The position numbers were made by a program, and so were the translations under genes. Below, one piece after another: positions 1-10,064 of a DNA stretch of 64,000 nt. The notes under the pieces are model-generated. The model had not been told where the DNA came from. It saw only the letters and a list, made by a program, of their open reading frames with translations, and searched no databases. Every line of letters starts with the position of its first letter. Position 1 is the stretch's first letter. This DNA is from an uncultured Lachnospiraceae bacterium (GTDB lineage: Bacteria; Bacillota; Clostridia; Lachnospirales; Lachnospiraceae), in the NCBI GenBank assembly GCA_905199445.1, contig CAJKGK010000001.1, positions 91,059-155,058 on the forward strand, given 5' to 3'.

Positions 1-72
1 CTTGGCTGCATCGGCCAGTATTCCCAGCTTTTCCTGGAGGTTTAGTTTCTCTGACATCGTTTTTAAATCCAT
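1..72 (-). CDS. hypothetical protein, N-terminal 24 codons only (gene continues beyond window start)
   Basis: ATG at 72..70 is preceded by AGGTGA 6 nt upstream. Translation MDLKTMSEKLNLQEKLGILADAAK runs off the window. Not recognisable as rpsO. Confidence 0.3.
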   Translation of the reverse strand, partial: MDLKTMSEKLNLQEKLGILADAAK

Positions 73-116
73 AGCATTCATCACCTGTCCAATTAAACAT
101 ATGTTCGATCAGTATT

Positions 117-145
117 ATTGTATCATACGAACACATGTTTTGCAA
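117..145 (-). promoter_or_regulatory. sigma-A-like promoter for the partial gene at 1..72
   Basis: On the minus strand: TTGCAA (140-145), 17-nt spacer, TACAAT (117-122). Confidence 0.35.
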
Positions 146-201
146 TAATGAATTTTATACGGGTCCTAAACGATGAATTTTTCAGTCTTGTGATACGTCT
201 G

Positions 202-260
202 AAAAAACAAAGCTGTGGGCTGCCTTTATAAGATCACCTTATAAAGGAACTCACAGCTTT
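202..260 (-). terminator. intrinsic terminator downstream of ribF
   Basis: Imperfect hairpin 211-259 (agctgtg...cttataaagg / cctttataag...cacagct). On the minus strand it is followed by a T-run (plus-strand A-run 202-210). Confidence 0.4.
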
Positions 261-306
261 ATTTGTCTCTATATCATTGCCTTTACCCGCATCAATGACC
301 TGTTGG

Positions 307-1287
307 TCACAGCACTTCCCCATCTATAATTCCATGCTGTACAAGATAGTTCAGAGATGTATCCCGATCTTTAAACATCTGTGTCTTCAAAGACGTCAGG
401 CCATCAAATTTTTGTTCCGGACGAACAAAATGATAAAGTTTTACTTCAATCTGACGGCCATAGAGATTACCTTCAAAACCATAAACATACGTTTCCGCCC
501 GACGCTTCTGATGATCAGCAACCGTTGGATTATAGCCAATATTTGTCACGGCAGGATAAGCTCTGTAGTTGGCAATTACCATGGATGCATAAACACCGTT
601 TGGCGGAAGCAGTTTCGTATCATCCGGCTCAAGATTGGCCGTCGGCATACCGATGGTTCTGCCGATTTCCCTTCCGTGCACCACGGTTCCGATCAAAGAA
701 AAGGGTGCGCCTAAAAGGTCAGCAGCCACCTCCATTTCACCCTTGCGAATGGCTGCCCGTGTCAGTGTGCTGCTGATTTCAGCCTCCCACAAAGTCTCAT
801 GAGATTCAAACCCCGCCGGCAGCATTGTACTGATCTTTGGACAGATATGGGCATTATAGCCAAGAGGCAGGCTCATCCCCTGAAGTAAATCCGTATTGCC
901 CCGCCGTTCCCGGCCAAAACGGAAGTCCTCACCAACCACAATGTGTCTTGCGCCCAGCTGACCAACTAAAACATCCTTAATAAAATCCACAGCGTCCATT
1001 CCTGCGGTTTCCTTATCAAAAGGATATTCCACCAGAATATCCACGCCCATTCTTCTGGCAATCAGACGACGCTCCTGAGATGTATAAATCAGCGACTGGC
1101 TCTGACCTTTAAGCATACTTGACGGATGGTAATCAAAGGTCAGAATAACGGATGTCATCCCGCTGCTTTTGTAGCTGTTTACCTTTTTAATCAGCGCCTG
1201 GTGCCCTCTGTGCAGCCCGTCAAACTTTCCTACTGCCACCGCTGTGTCTTCCAGACGTATATTTTTAGTACCTGAAATAAAAATCAT
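307..1287 (-). CDS. ribF: bifunctional riboflavin kinase / FMN adenylyltransferase
   Basis: 326 aa. Family recognised from sequence and from its conserved position after truB. Confidence 0.9.
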   Translation of the reverse strand: MIFISGTKNIRLEDTAVAVGKFDGLHRGHQALIKKVNSYKSSGMTSVILTFDYHPSSMLKGQSQSLIYTSQERRLIARRMGVDILVEYPFDKETAGMDAVDFIKDVLVGQLGARHIVVGEDFRFGRERRGNTDLLQGMSLPLGYNAHICPKISTMLPAGFESHETLWEAEISSTLTRAAIRKGEMEVAADLLGAPFSLIGTVVHGREIGRTIGMPTANLEPDDTKLLPPNGVYASMVIANYRAYPAVTNIGYNPTVADHQKRRAETYVYGFEGNLYGRQIEVKLYHFVRPEQKFDGLTSLKTQMFKDRDTSLNYLVQHGIIDGEVL

Positions 1288-1290
1288 GTT

Positions 1291-2193
1291 TCAAACGCTC
1301 CTAAACATTTTAACTACTTTAAATTTCCGGTGATTTTCATCATATTGGTAAATTCCGCCAAATACCTTAGTGCTGTCGTAAACCCTTACCCACTGGCCAT
1401 CCCTGATTTCAGGACAGAAAACAAGATCTCCGGTATCAAATGGATTGCCATTATGAAGCAGTTTATCGGAAACTGTTTTCATTTCAACACCAGGATATTC
1501 CCGAAACATCTGATCAACAGCAATCACACACTCACCAAAACTGCCGTCCAGAACCCTGGCCTCAATCTGAGAAAGTTTCAAAGCAGATGAAAGTTCAAAC
1601 ATGCCCACCTGAACTCTGGTCAGCTGAGCCATACAGCCGCCGCAGCCTAATGTTCGGCCAATATCATCACATAGGGTCCGTATGTAGGTTCCCTTTGAAC
1701 AGGAAATACTCATTGTTACATATGGAATTTCAATACTGTGAATCTGAATATCATAAATGGCCACTGTTCTGGCCTTGCGTTCAACTTCACGGCCTTCCCT
1801 TGCCAGCTCATAGAGTTTGCGGCCGTTGACCTTCAGGGCAGAATACATGGGCGGTATCTGTTCATAACTGCCTACAAAACGCATAACAGCCTGACGAATC
1901 TGATCCTCATCCACATGAACCGGGCTGCTTTTTATCACCCGTCCGGAAGTATCCTGAGTATCCGTCTCCTGCCCCAACAGCATTACAGCCCGATAAACCT
2001 TATCCTTATCGGTAAGCATATCGCAAAGCTTTGTTCCGCTGCCCAGACAAACAGGTAAAACACCCTCTGCATCCGGATCCAGTGTACCCGTATGGCCGAT
2101 TTTCTTCTGGTGCAGAATTCCTCTCAGCCTGGCAACAACATCATGAGAGGTATAGCCCTTTTCTTTATAAACATTAATTACACCGTCAATCAT
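1291..2193 (-). CDS. truB: tRNA pseudouridine(55) synthase
   Basis: 300 aa. N-terminal GHTGTLDP motif with the catalytic Asp. Confidence 0.9.
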   Translation of the reverse strand: MIDGVINVYKEKGYTSHDVVARLRGILHQKKIGHTGTLDPDAEGVLPVCLGSGTKLCDMLTDKDKVYRAVMLLGQETDTQDTSGRVIKSSPVHVDEDQIRQAVMRFVGSYEQIPPMYSALKVNGRKLYELAREGREVERKARTVAIYDIQIHSIEIPYVTMSISCSKGTYIRTLCDDIGRTLGCGGCMAQLTRVQVGMFELSSALKLSQIEARVLDGSFGECVIAVDQMFREYPGVEMKTVSDKLLHNGNPFDTGDLVFCPEIRDGQWVRVYDSTKVFGGIYQYDENHRKFKVVKMFRSV

Positions 2194-3148
2194 GATCTTT
2201 CATCTGCTCCCAGATATGTCCCAAAAGATTGGTAATCACATCATGCTTTGTACCTGTAACCGTACAGCCAGCCGCACGGATATGGCCGCCGCCGCCAAAA
2301 ACAGCCGCAACCCGATTTACATCAGTATATTCATTGGAACGCATACTGACCTTATACCTGAGCGCACCGGTCTCGGTGAGAAGTACTGCTGTTTCCACAC
2401 CTTTTGTAATCCGCATCTGATCAATAACACCTTCCAAATCTTTGGAATCTGCACCGTAAAAGGCCAAGGTTTTCTGATCCACAACAGAAATGATACAGCG
2501 GCCGTTAAACACCAGAAAACTCTCCACAAGGCATCGGCCCAACAGCTGGTTCTGCATATAGGTACGCTGATAAAATACCTCGTCTGTAAGTTTTGAAAAT
2601 GCAATTCCCTTAGAAATAAGGCGTCCTGCAATATTCATGGTTTTCTCCGTTGTATTGGAATGTTTAAAACATCCTGTATCACAGATCATACCTACATATA
2701 AGGCTTCTGCCGTACCTTTGCCCAGCTTTTCAAAATCCATCATGCCTGCCAGCACTTCGCAGGTGGAACTGGCATCTGCAAATACCACATTCTCATCCCC
2801 ATAGCCTTGATTGCTGATGTGATGATCAATATTTAACGTACGGCGGGCAGTATCAAAATACTTTCCAGCACCGGCCAGACGCGCTCTGTCTCCACAGTCC
2901 AGACATATAAACAGATCATACTGTTTTTCACAATCATAGGTACTGCAGATCACATTGCAGTTTTCAAGTATGCCATAAACATCTGCCACCGGTTCCAGAT
3001 ACACATCGACCGCCAGTGCAGGGTAATTGTCCCTCAGATAATTATACAGCCCAAGACAGGAACCCACGCAGTCACCATCCGGACGTGTATGTCCGGCAAT
3101 GGCAACTGTCTTCGCTTCCCCCAGCAGGCTGCCGAACTGATCATTCAT
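2186..3148 (-). CDS. nrnA: DHH/DHHA1 phosphoesterase (oligoribonuclease / pAp phosphatase NrnA-like)
   Basis: DHH motifs (AGHTRPDGDCVGS ... DHH). Start chosen at the ATG at 3148 in an ATGAATGA overlap with the rbfA stop, after an AGGAGGAGG run. Alternative start at 3178. Confidence 0.75.
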   Translation of the reverse strand: MNDQFGSLLGEAKTVAIAGHTRPDGDCVGSCLGLYNYLRDNYPALAVDVYLEPVADVYGILENCNVICSTYDCEKQYDLFICLDCGDRARLAGAGKYFDTARRTLNIDHHISNQGYGDENVVFADASSTCEVLAGMMDFEKLGKGTAEALYVGMICDTGCFKHSNTTEKTMNIAGRLISKGIAFSKLTDEVFYQRTYMQNQLLGRCLVESFLVFNGRCIISVVDQKTLAFYGADSKDLEGVIDQMRITKGVETAVLLTETGALRYKVSMRSNEYTDVNRVAAVFGGGGHIRAAGCTVTGTKHDVITNLLGHIWEQMKDHD

Positions 3149-3569
3149 CGGCCTCCTCCTCTTCTTCCGGGTCATCATCGGCCTCAGGTTCTACCCCGGC
3201 ATCTTCTCTTTCATGCAGGTCCCGGTTGACCTCATTGATCAGCTTTGACATATTCACACCATACTCAATGGACTGGTCCATCACAAAGGTCAGCTCCGGT
3301 GTATTTCTCAGATTCACACTTCTTGCCAGCTCCTTGCGAATATATCCAATGGCACTTTTTAAACCGGCCATGGTATCATTCTGAGCCTGCTGATCGCCCA
3401 GAACACTGATGTAGACCTTACAGTATTTCAGATCCGGTGTAACATCAACAGAAACAACACTTGTCATAGCGCTGATTCTAGGATCTTTGATTTCCCTGGA
3501 AATGATTCTGGAAAGCTCTCTTTGAACTTCACCGTTGATTCTTGTATTTTTAATACTGTTCTTTCTCAT
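3141..3569 (-). CDS. rbfA: ribosome-binding factor A
   Basis: 142 aa RbfA fold sequence with an acidic C-terminal tail (EPEADDDPEEEEEADE). Confidence 0.9.
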   Translation of the reverse strand: MRKNSIKNTRINGEVQRELSRIISREIKDPRISAMTSVVSVDVTPDLKYCKVYISVLGDQQAQNDTMAGLKSAIGYIRKELARSVNLRNTPELTFVMDQSIEYGVNMSKLINEVNRDLHEREDAGVEPEADDDPEEEEEADE

Positions 3570-3581
3570 GGATATCCCTCC

Positions 3582-6443
3582 TTATCTAGGAACCTCTTCC
3601 ATAATAAATGTCTCGATCTGGTCGCCTTCCTTAATATCATTATATTTTTCAAAGGACATACCACATTCATAGCCTGCATTAACTTCCTTGACATCATCTT
3701 TGAAACGTTTCAGGGAAGCCAGATCACCTTCATGAATCACAATATTGTCACGGATCAGACGGGCCTTGCAGTTACGAACAACCTTTCCGTCAAGCACATA
3801 GGCACCGATAATTGTACCCACACCGGAAACCTTATACGTCTGACGGACTTCGGCATGACCCAGAACTTTTTCCGCAAATACAGGATCCAAAAGCCCTTTC
3901 ATAGCAGCCTCCACATCCTCAATGGCATTATAGATCACCCGATACAGACGCAGATCGACCTTTTCCTGTTCGGCAACAGCTTTTGCCATATTATCCGGAC
4001 GAACATTGAAGCCGATAATAATCGCATTGGAAGCAGATGCCAAAATAACATCCGATTCATTAATGGCACCGACACCGCCATGGATAACCTTTACAGCGAC
4101 TTCATCGTTGGAAAGCTTCACAAGACTCTGTTTCACAGCCTCCACAGATCCCTGAACATCAGCCTTGACAATAATATTTAATTCTTTAATCTGACCGGCC
4201 TGAATCTGGTCAAACAGGCCATCCAGAGATAATTTAGCTTTTGTATCTGCAAGCATTTTTTCACGATTATTTGCAATAAAGGTTTCAGCCATTGAACGGG
4301 CCTCTTTTTCCGTTTCCGTGGAAATAAACACCTCGCCCGCCTGAGGCACATCATTTAAGCCGAGAATTTCCACCGGTGTGGAAGGTCCGGCCTTTTTCAC
4401 GCGTCTGCCCTTATCATCGATCATGGCACGAACCCGCCCGAAGGCCGTACCTACAGCCAGACAGTCGCCGATGTTAAGGGTACCCTTCTGTACAAGGACT
4501 GTTGCCACAGGGCCGCGGCCTTTATCCAGCTGAGCTTCAATAATCAAGCCTCTGGCTTTTCTGTTCGGATTAGCCTTTAATTCACGCATTTCCGCAACCA
4601 GAAGAATCATATCCAGAAGTTCATCAATACCTTCTCCTGTATGTGCGGATACAGGAACCATAATTGTCTGTCCGCCCCAGTCCTCGGCAATCAGCTCATA
4701 CTCTGTCAGCTCCTGTTTAACGCGATCAATATTCGCACTTGGCTTATCAATTTTGTTAATGGCCACAATAATTTCGATACCTGCAGCTTTGGCATGGTTA
4801 ATCGCCTCGATTGTCTGAGGCATCACACCGTCATCAGCGGCAACAACCAAAATAGCGATATCTGTTGACTGGGCACCTCTTAAACGCATCGCAGTAAAGG
4901 CCTCATGTCCCGGTGTATCCAGGAATGTGATTTTTTGTCCATTAACATCGACCACATAAGCACCAATGTGCTGAGTGATCCCACCGGCCTCTGCAGAAGT
5001 CACGCTTGTTTTACGGATTGTATCAAGAATAGAAGTTTTACCATGGTCAACATGTCCCATAACACATACAACCGGTGGTCTTACCTCCATATCCTTTTCG
5101 TCTTCTTCCTCCTCACGAAGCAGTTCCTCAATAACATCCACTACAACTTCATGTTCGCAGAGAATATCATAGTCCAGTGCGATTTCTTCAGCTTCATCGT
5201 AGGAAATTTCTGAATTCAGGCTGACCATCTTTCCGGCCAGGAAAAGCTTTTTAACGATTTCCGCACCTGGAACCTTCATTTTATCTCCCAGTTCCTTAAG
5301 GGTAATCGTCTCAGGCAGCACAATATTTGTAACCTTTTCAACAACTGGCTTTGGCTTTGGTGTTGGCGGGGTTAAAGCTTTCTTGCTGACTGTGGCGTTT
5401 CTGCCCTTTTGTCCTCTCTTTTCATTATCTCTGTCTCTGTTGTTCTTTTCCTTATCCCGGTTATCTTTATAATTTCTACGGTTTTCTCTTGTCTCTTTGG
5501 TCGCAACAACTTCCTTGTTGATCGCAGAATCCAGATTAAATTTCTGTTCTCTGTCTCCACGTCTCTGACCACGGTTATCTCCGTTTCTGTCGCTGCCGCC
5601 GCGATTGCCGCCAAATCCGCGGCTGCCTCTGTTATCTGAACCACGATCGTTATTTCTGCCGTCACCGTTTCTGTCGAAATTGCCGCCCCTTCCGCCAAAG
5701 CTGCGATTGCCTCTGTTGTCGGAATTACGGTCATTATTTCTGCCGTCACCATTTCTGTCATTGGTTCTTCCACCGAAATTTCGGCTGCCTCTGTTATCGG
5801 AACCACGGTCATTGTTTCTGCCGTCACCGTTTCTGTCGAAATTGCCGCCTCTTCCACCGAAGCTGCGGTTGCCTCTGTTGTCGGAATTACGGTCATTGTT
5901 TCTGCCGTCACCATTTCTGTCGAAATTGCCGCCTCTTCCACCGAAACTGCGGTTGCCTCTGTTGTCGGAATTACGGTCATTGTTTCTGCCGTCACCGTTT
6001 CTGTCGAAATTGCCGCCTCTTCCGCCGAAGCTGCGGTTGCCTCTGTTGTCAGAATTACGGTCATTATTTCTGCCGTCACCATTTCTGTCATTGGCTCTGT
6101 CGTTTGTTCTGCCGCCATTATCCCGGTTTCCCTGGCGTGTATTCTGAGGGCGTCCGGCATTTCCTGTATTCATATTATTGTTCTGGTTATTTGTATTTCC
6201 TGTATTATTCATATTACTACGATTGGTCATATTCTGTACTTTTGCTTCCTCGCTCTTTTTTTCTGTTGTATTTGCACTTGCAGACGGCGCTGCAAAATAT
6301 TTTCGTATTTTCTGGGCACTTTCTGATGTGATTGTGCTCATATGACTTTCAACATCAATGCCATGACCTTTCAGGGCGTAGATGACGTCTTTGCTGCTCT
6401 TGCCAAGTTCTTTGGCCAGTTCATGAACTCTGATTTTTGACAT
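3582..6443 (-). CDS. infB: translation initiation factor IF-2
   Basis: 953 aa. GTP-binding motifs GHVDHGKTS and DTPGH. N-terminal low-complexity repeat region. Confidence 0.95.
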   Translation of the reverse strand: MSKIRVHELAKELGKSSKDVIYALKGHGIDVESHMSTITSESAQKIRKYFAAPSASANTTEKKSEEAKVQNMTNRSNMNNTGNTNNQNNNMNTGNAGRPQNTRQGNRDNGGRTNDRANDRNGDGRNNDRNSDNRGNRSFGGRGGNFDRNGDGRNNDRNSDNRGNRSFGGRGGNFDRNGDGRNNDRNSDNRGNRSFGGRGGNFDRNGDGRNNDRGSDNRGSRNFGGRTNDRNGDGRNNDRNSDNRGNRSFGGRGGNFDRNGDGRNNDRGSDNRGSRGFGGNRGGSDRNGDNRGQRRGDREQKFNLDSAINKEVVATKETRENRRNYKDNRDKEKNNRDRDNEKRGQKGRNATVSKKALTPPTPKPKPVVEKVTNIVLPETITLKELGDKMKVPGAEIVKKLFLAGKMVSLNSEISYDEAEEIALDYDILCEHEVVVDVIEELLREEEEDEKDMEVRPPVVCVMGHVDHGKTSILDTIRKTSVTSAEAGGITQHIGAYVVDVNGQKITFLDTPGHEAFTAMRLRGAQSTDIAILVVAADDGVMPQTIEAINHAKAAGIEIIVAINKIDKPSANIDRVKQELTEYELIAEDWGGQTIMVPVSAHTGEGIDELLDMILLVAEMRELKANPNRKARGLIIEAQLDKGRGPVATVLVQKGTLNIGDCLAVGTAFGRVRAMIDDKGRRVKKAGPSTPVEILGLNDVPQAGEVFISTETEKEARSMAETFIANNREKMLADTKAKLSLDGLFDQIQAGQIKELNIIVKADVQGSVEAVKQSLVKLSNDEVAVKVIHGGVGAINESDVILASASNAIIIGFNVRPDNMAKAVAEQEKVDLRLYRVIYNAIEDVEAAMKGLLDPVFAEKVLGHAEVRQTYKVSGVGTIIGAYVLDGKVVRNCKARLIRDNIVIHEGDLASLKRFKDDVKEVNAGYECGMSFEKYNDIKEGDQIETFIMEEVPR
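5550..6115. repeat. tandem ~84-bp (28-codon) repeats inside infB N-terminal region, ~6 copies
   Basis: The protein repeat [28 protein letters not shown] occurs six times, two copies being variants. Near-identical DNA units are visible 5586-6110. Opposite-strand ORFs here are repeat artefacts. Confidence 0.7.
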
Positions 6444-6456
6444 ATGACTACCTCCG

Positions 6457-6774
6457 TTATTCTTGTTCTGAGTTAATAAGTTTCGTCACGGCGTCAGAAA
6501 ATCCCTTATCCAGCAACGCCAGGGATGCTCTGATTTCTCTTCCCATCCCATGCCCAAGGGTTTCCTTGGTCCCGTATATATAAAGAGGTACTTTATAATA
6601 AGCACATCTGTTGGTAAACAATTTTTTCGTATTGGCTGATGCATCGGAGGCCACAATAACCAGCCATGCCTTACCATCCTTGATAGCCTTTTCCGTGGAG
6701 AATTCACCGCTGGCCACCTTACCCGCCCTGGTTGCCAGACCGATCATGGATATTACCTTGTCATGCTTTGTCAA
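6457..6774 (-). CDS. ylxQ: L7Ae-family ribosomal-protein-like RNA-binding protein (YlxQ)
   Basis: 105 aa L7Ae/L30e-like sequence at the conserved position between ylxR and infB. Confidence 0.8.
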   Translation of the reverse strand: MTKHDKVISMIGLATRAGKVASGEFSTEKAIKDGKAWLVIVASDASANTKKLFTNRCAYYKVPLYIYGTKETLGHGMGREIRASLALLDKGFSDAVTKLINSEQE

Positions 6775-7045
6775 TCTCTTCCATCTCCTTTGTCAGCTGA
6801 TCATAGACATCCGTTGGAATACTCATTTTAAATGACCGTTCAAGCCCTTTGCTTTTAATTGCCTTTGCCAGACAGTCTCTGCTTGGACAAATATATGCGC
6901 CCCGTCCGTTTTTGCGCCCTGTGGCATCAATCATAATTTCATCCTCAGGGGTCTTAATCACACGGATCATTTCTTTTTTACTTTTCATTTCCCGGCAGCC
7001 TACACACTGCCGCATCGGAATTTTTCGTGTTCCCATAAGCAGCAC
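6761..7045 (-). CDS. ylxR: YlxR/DUF448 RNA-binding protein
   Basis: 94 aa with the CVGCR...GRGAY motif, immediately downstream of nusA. Confidence 0.8.
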   Translation of the reverse strand: MLLMGTRKIPMRQCVGCREMKSKKEMIRVIKTPEDEIMIDATGRKNGRGAYICPSRDCLAKAIKSKGLERSFKMSIPTDVYDQLTKEMEEIDKA

Positions 7046-7046
7046 C

Positions 7047-8204
7047 TTAATTCATATAGTCCTTGTCATCATCATAGCGATCATCTTCATAACGGTCATC
7101 CCGATCTTCGCTGTCGTCAAAGCGATCTTCTTCATAACGGTCATCATTATGATACTCATTGGAATTGCGCACCTGAGCTTCGCTCTTAATATCAATTTTA
7201 TAGCCGGTCAGGCGGGCGGCCAGGCGGGCATTTTGTCCTTCTTTTCCAATGGCCAGAGATAACTGATAATCCGGTACAATAACACTGGCTGTTTTTTCTT
7301 CCTCATCAACGCTGACTGAAATAACTTTTGCCGGACTCAGGGCATTTTCAATGAGAACAGCCGGATCGTCACTCCAGTTAATAATGTCGATTTTTTCACC
7401 GCGCAGTTCATTGACAACCGCACCGACTCTGGCGCCATTCATTCCTACGCAGGCTCCCACAGGATCTACATTTGGGTTATTGCTCCAAACCGCAATCTTT
7501 GTTCTGGAGCCGGCCTCTCTTGAAATACTGCGAATTTCTACTGTGCCGTCGCGGACCTCCGTAACCTCGGCCTCAAAAAGACGTTTTACAAGTTCCGGAT
7601 GGGTTCTTGAAACAGTAATCTTCGGACCTTTTGTTGTATCCTTAACATCAACCACATACAGCTTAATACGTTCTGTGGGATAGAAAACTTCGCCTTTCAC
7701 CTGCTCATTTTCAGTCAGTGTGGCATCAACTTTACCAAGATTGATACTTACATTTTTGCCATTATAACGCTGAACAATACCGGTCACAATATCTTTTTCT
7801 CTGCTGTAGTATTCGTTGTAGAGAGATTTACGTTCTTCCTCACGGATTTTCTGAACAACAACCTGTTTAGCCTTCTGAGCCGCAATACGTCCAAAGTTTC
7901 TCGGTGTAACTTCCACCTGAACGATGTCATCCAGATCAAACTTGCTGTCCTTTAATTTTGCATTGGCCAGACTGATCTGCGTAATCGGGTCTTCGACCTC
8001 TTCAACAACGATTTTTTCTGCATATACAAGCACTTTGCCGTTTTCACGATTAATGATGACACGGATATTATCAGCCTTTCCAAACTCATTTTTACAAGCG
8101 GCAACCAGTGAATTTTCAATAGCCTCCAGCAAAATTTCCTTGCTGATTCCTTTTTCTTTTTCAATCTGATTTAACGCTTCGATCAGTTCGTGTCCTTCAT
8201 TCAT
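7047..8204 (-). CDS. nusA: transcription termination/antitermination factor NusA
   Basis: 385 aa with S1 and KH domain sequence. C-terminal acidic D/R/Y-rich repeat tail. Confidence 0.95.
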   Translation of the reverse strand: MNEGHELIEALNQIEKEKGISKEILLEAIENSLVAACKNEFGKADNIRVIINRENGKVLVYAEKIVVEEVEDPITQISLANAKLKDSKFDLDDIVQVEVTPRNFGRIAAQKAKQVVVQKIREEERKSLYNEYYSREKDIVTGIVQRYNGKNVSINLGKVDATLTENEQVKGEVFYPTERIKLYVVDVKDTTKGPKITVSRTHPELVKRLFEAEVTEVRDGTVEIRSISREAGSRTKIAVWSNNPNVDPVGACVGMNGARVGAVVNELRGEKIDIINWSDDPAVLIENALSPAKVISVSVDEEEKTASVIVPDYQLSLAIGKEGQNARLAARLTGYKIDIKSEAQVRNSNEYHNDDRYEEDRFDDSEDRDDRYEDDRYDDDKDYMN

Positions 8205-8224
8205 TTTAATATTTCCTCCTTAAT

Positions 8225-8698
8225 TTAACAAAAGAATGCCAGCCGTATCAGGGCAATTGCAGATTTTTCAAATGTCTTTGTATTTCCGTCCTCCAGCTCA
8301 AGGGTTACGCTGTGATCATCATAGCTGTCCAGAAGGCCAACAAATTCCTTCTTTTTGTCAATGGCCTTGTAAAGACGAACCTCGACTTCCTTACCCACAC
8401 TGCGGGCAAAATCCTTTTCCTTTTTCAGCGGACGATCCAGCCCTGGTGAGCTGACTTCAAATATATAGTTTTCGGCAATATAGTCCTTCTCATCCAAAAT
8501 ATCTCCGAAAGCACGGCTTACAAGCTCACAGTCATCCACCGTAATGCCGCCTTCTTTATCAATATACACGCGCAGATACCAGTTTGGACCTTCCTTCACC
8601 CATTCCACATCCACAAGCTCAAAATGATTCGCCTCGATGATCGGTGTAATCAGTTCTTCTGTCATGCTCTCATAATCTTTCTTTGCCATTTGACTCAC
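8225..8698 (-). CDS. rimP: ribosome maturation factor RimP
   Basis: 157 aa RimP family, upstream of nusA. Confidence 0.9.
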   Translation of the reverse strand: MSQMAKKDYESMTEELITPIIEANHFELVDVEWVKEGPNWYLRVYIDKEGGITVDDCELVSRAFGDILDEKDYIAENYIFEVSSPGLDRPLKKEKDFARSVGKEVEVRLYKAIDKKKEFVGLLDSYDDHSVTLELEDGNTKTFEKSAIALIRLAFFC

Positions 8699-8864
8699 CC
8701 TTTCTTTCAGTTACTCATCCACCATCTTCCCCGTGCCGTCTCCATCCAAAACAGACTTTTGGCAAAGACCGAAAAACTCCACTTTACATAACACAGCTTC
8801 GGGACAAAGATAAAGAGTGGACTCACGCCCACTCTTCTAGTATCATCATATTGTTATCTGGTTC

Positions 8865-8893
8865 ATTATACCACTGAACCCCACAAGATGCAA
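8865..8893 (-). promoter_or_regulatory. strong sigma-A promoter of the rimP-nusA-infB operon
   Basis: Minus strand: TTGCAT (8888-8893), 17 nt, TGgTATAAT extended -10 (8865-8873). Leaves a ~160 nt leader before rimP. Confidence 0.5.
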
Positions 8894-8953
8894 GCCCAAT
8901 TTTTCAGTTCCAGTGATATACGCATCACCTTCATCCTTTTTCAATCGTCATTT

Positions 8954-9835
8954 TCATGCATCATATCTTTTAATAAAGGCAAAGCCCAGGGGATAAGGCC
9001 CTGTGTGCGTGGCTACCGTTGCACCGATCTGGCGAACCGGCACTGCCTTTGTCAGCCAGAATGTATCTTTAACCTGATTGGACAGCGCCATAGCCGCATC
9101 CATATCCAGTCCTTTGCCTACGCAAAACTCGTAATCATTGGGATTTTCTCCGGCTTTTTCAAAATAATCTCTGGCTATATCCAAAAGTTTCTTTAAGGCC
9201 TTTTTCTGATTTCTGGCAACACCGGCTGAAAAAATCTCGCCTTCCTTCATCACAATCAAAGGTTTAATTCCCAGGGCCGAACCGGCTATAAAGGCCATGC
9301 GTCCAATCCGTCCGCCCTTTTTCAGATATTCCAGATTACCCACGGTAAAGCAAATACGCCCTGTCGGCTGTATCCGATGCAATTCCTTGACTGCTTCCTT
9401 ATAACTTAAACCGTTAGCCTTCATCCGGGCTGCTTCCAGAACATACAGTCCCTCTTCTACTGTACACAGTCCGCTTTCGATGACTTTAATATGGGCATGG
9501 GGATATGTTTCAAGCAAAATATCTCTGGCCGTTTTAGCCGCCTGGTGAGATCCGCTAAGTTTTCCGGACAGACAGATACAGATAATGCTTTTACCGGCTT
9601 CCACAACCGGTGTAAAAGCTTCCATATAATCCTGAACCGAAGGGAGGGATGTCTTTGGATACGCCCCCTCATCAATCATTTTCTTATAATAGGCCTCTGT
9701 ATCAATATCTATTTTTTCTTTCATGTAGTTTTCTTCATCAAAAGACACATAAAAATGTACCTGATGGATCCCTTTCGCTTTCAGCAAATCTTCCGGAAGG
9801 TCACAGGCACTGTCTGCAAAAATTTCAAATGACAT
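8954..9835 (-). CDS. DegV family fatty-acid-binding protein
   Basis: 293 aa DegV/EDD fold sequence. AGGAGG RBS 6 nt upstream of the ATG. Confidence 0.85.
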   Translation of the reverse strand: MSFEIFADSACDLPEDLLKAKGIHQVHFYVSFDEENYMKEKIDIDTEAYYKKMIDEGAYPKTSLPSVQDYMEAFTPVVEAGKSIICICLSGKLSGSHQAAKTARDILLETYPHAHIKVIESGLCTVEEGLYVLEAARMKANGLSYKEAVKELHRIQPTGRICFTVGNLEYLKKGGRIGRMAFIAGSALGIKPLIVMKEGEIFSAGVARNQKKALKKLLDIARDYFEKAGENPNDYEFCVGKGLDMDAAMALSNQVKDTFWLTKAVPVRQIGATVATHTGPYPLGFAFIKRYDA

Positions 9836-9958
9836 CTTATTCCTCCTGAATTCAGTCGTTAGACATAGTTTTCAATACTACATTAATATTTTTTATTATA
9901 GCACACATTTCAGAAGAATCCTAGAGTATGTTTGAAAATTATCTAAAAAAATCACCAC

Positions 9959-10010
9959 AAAAAAAGGCCAGCCCATCCTTGAATCTCCGATGTGCTGGCC
10001 TTTATGCGGA
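9959..10010 (-). terminator. intrinsic terminator after the GH78 gene
   Basis: GGCCAGC...GCTGGCC stem (9966-9972 / 10003-10009), followed on the minus strand by T8. Confidence 0.6.
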
Positions 10011-10064
10011 ACTTAAACGCCCTTTTTACCCTTTTATATCCTTCATTTTTACATCGTGTATTTT

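Noticed and set aside
5372-6160. Long ORFs on both strands across the infB repeat region (262-aa minus-strand frame and 180-aa plus-strand '[16 protein letters not shown]' ORF)
   Set aside because: They are generated by the 84-bp tandem repeats within infB and overlap a well-supported gene in another frame. No independent RBS or evidence.
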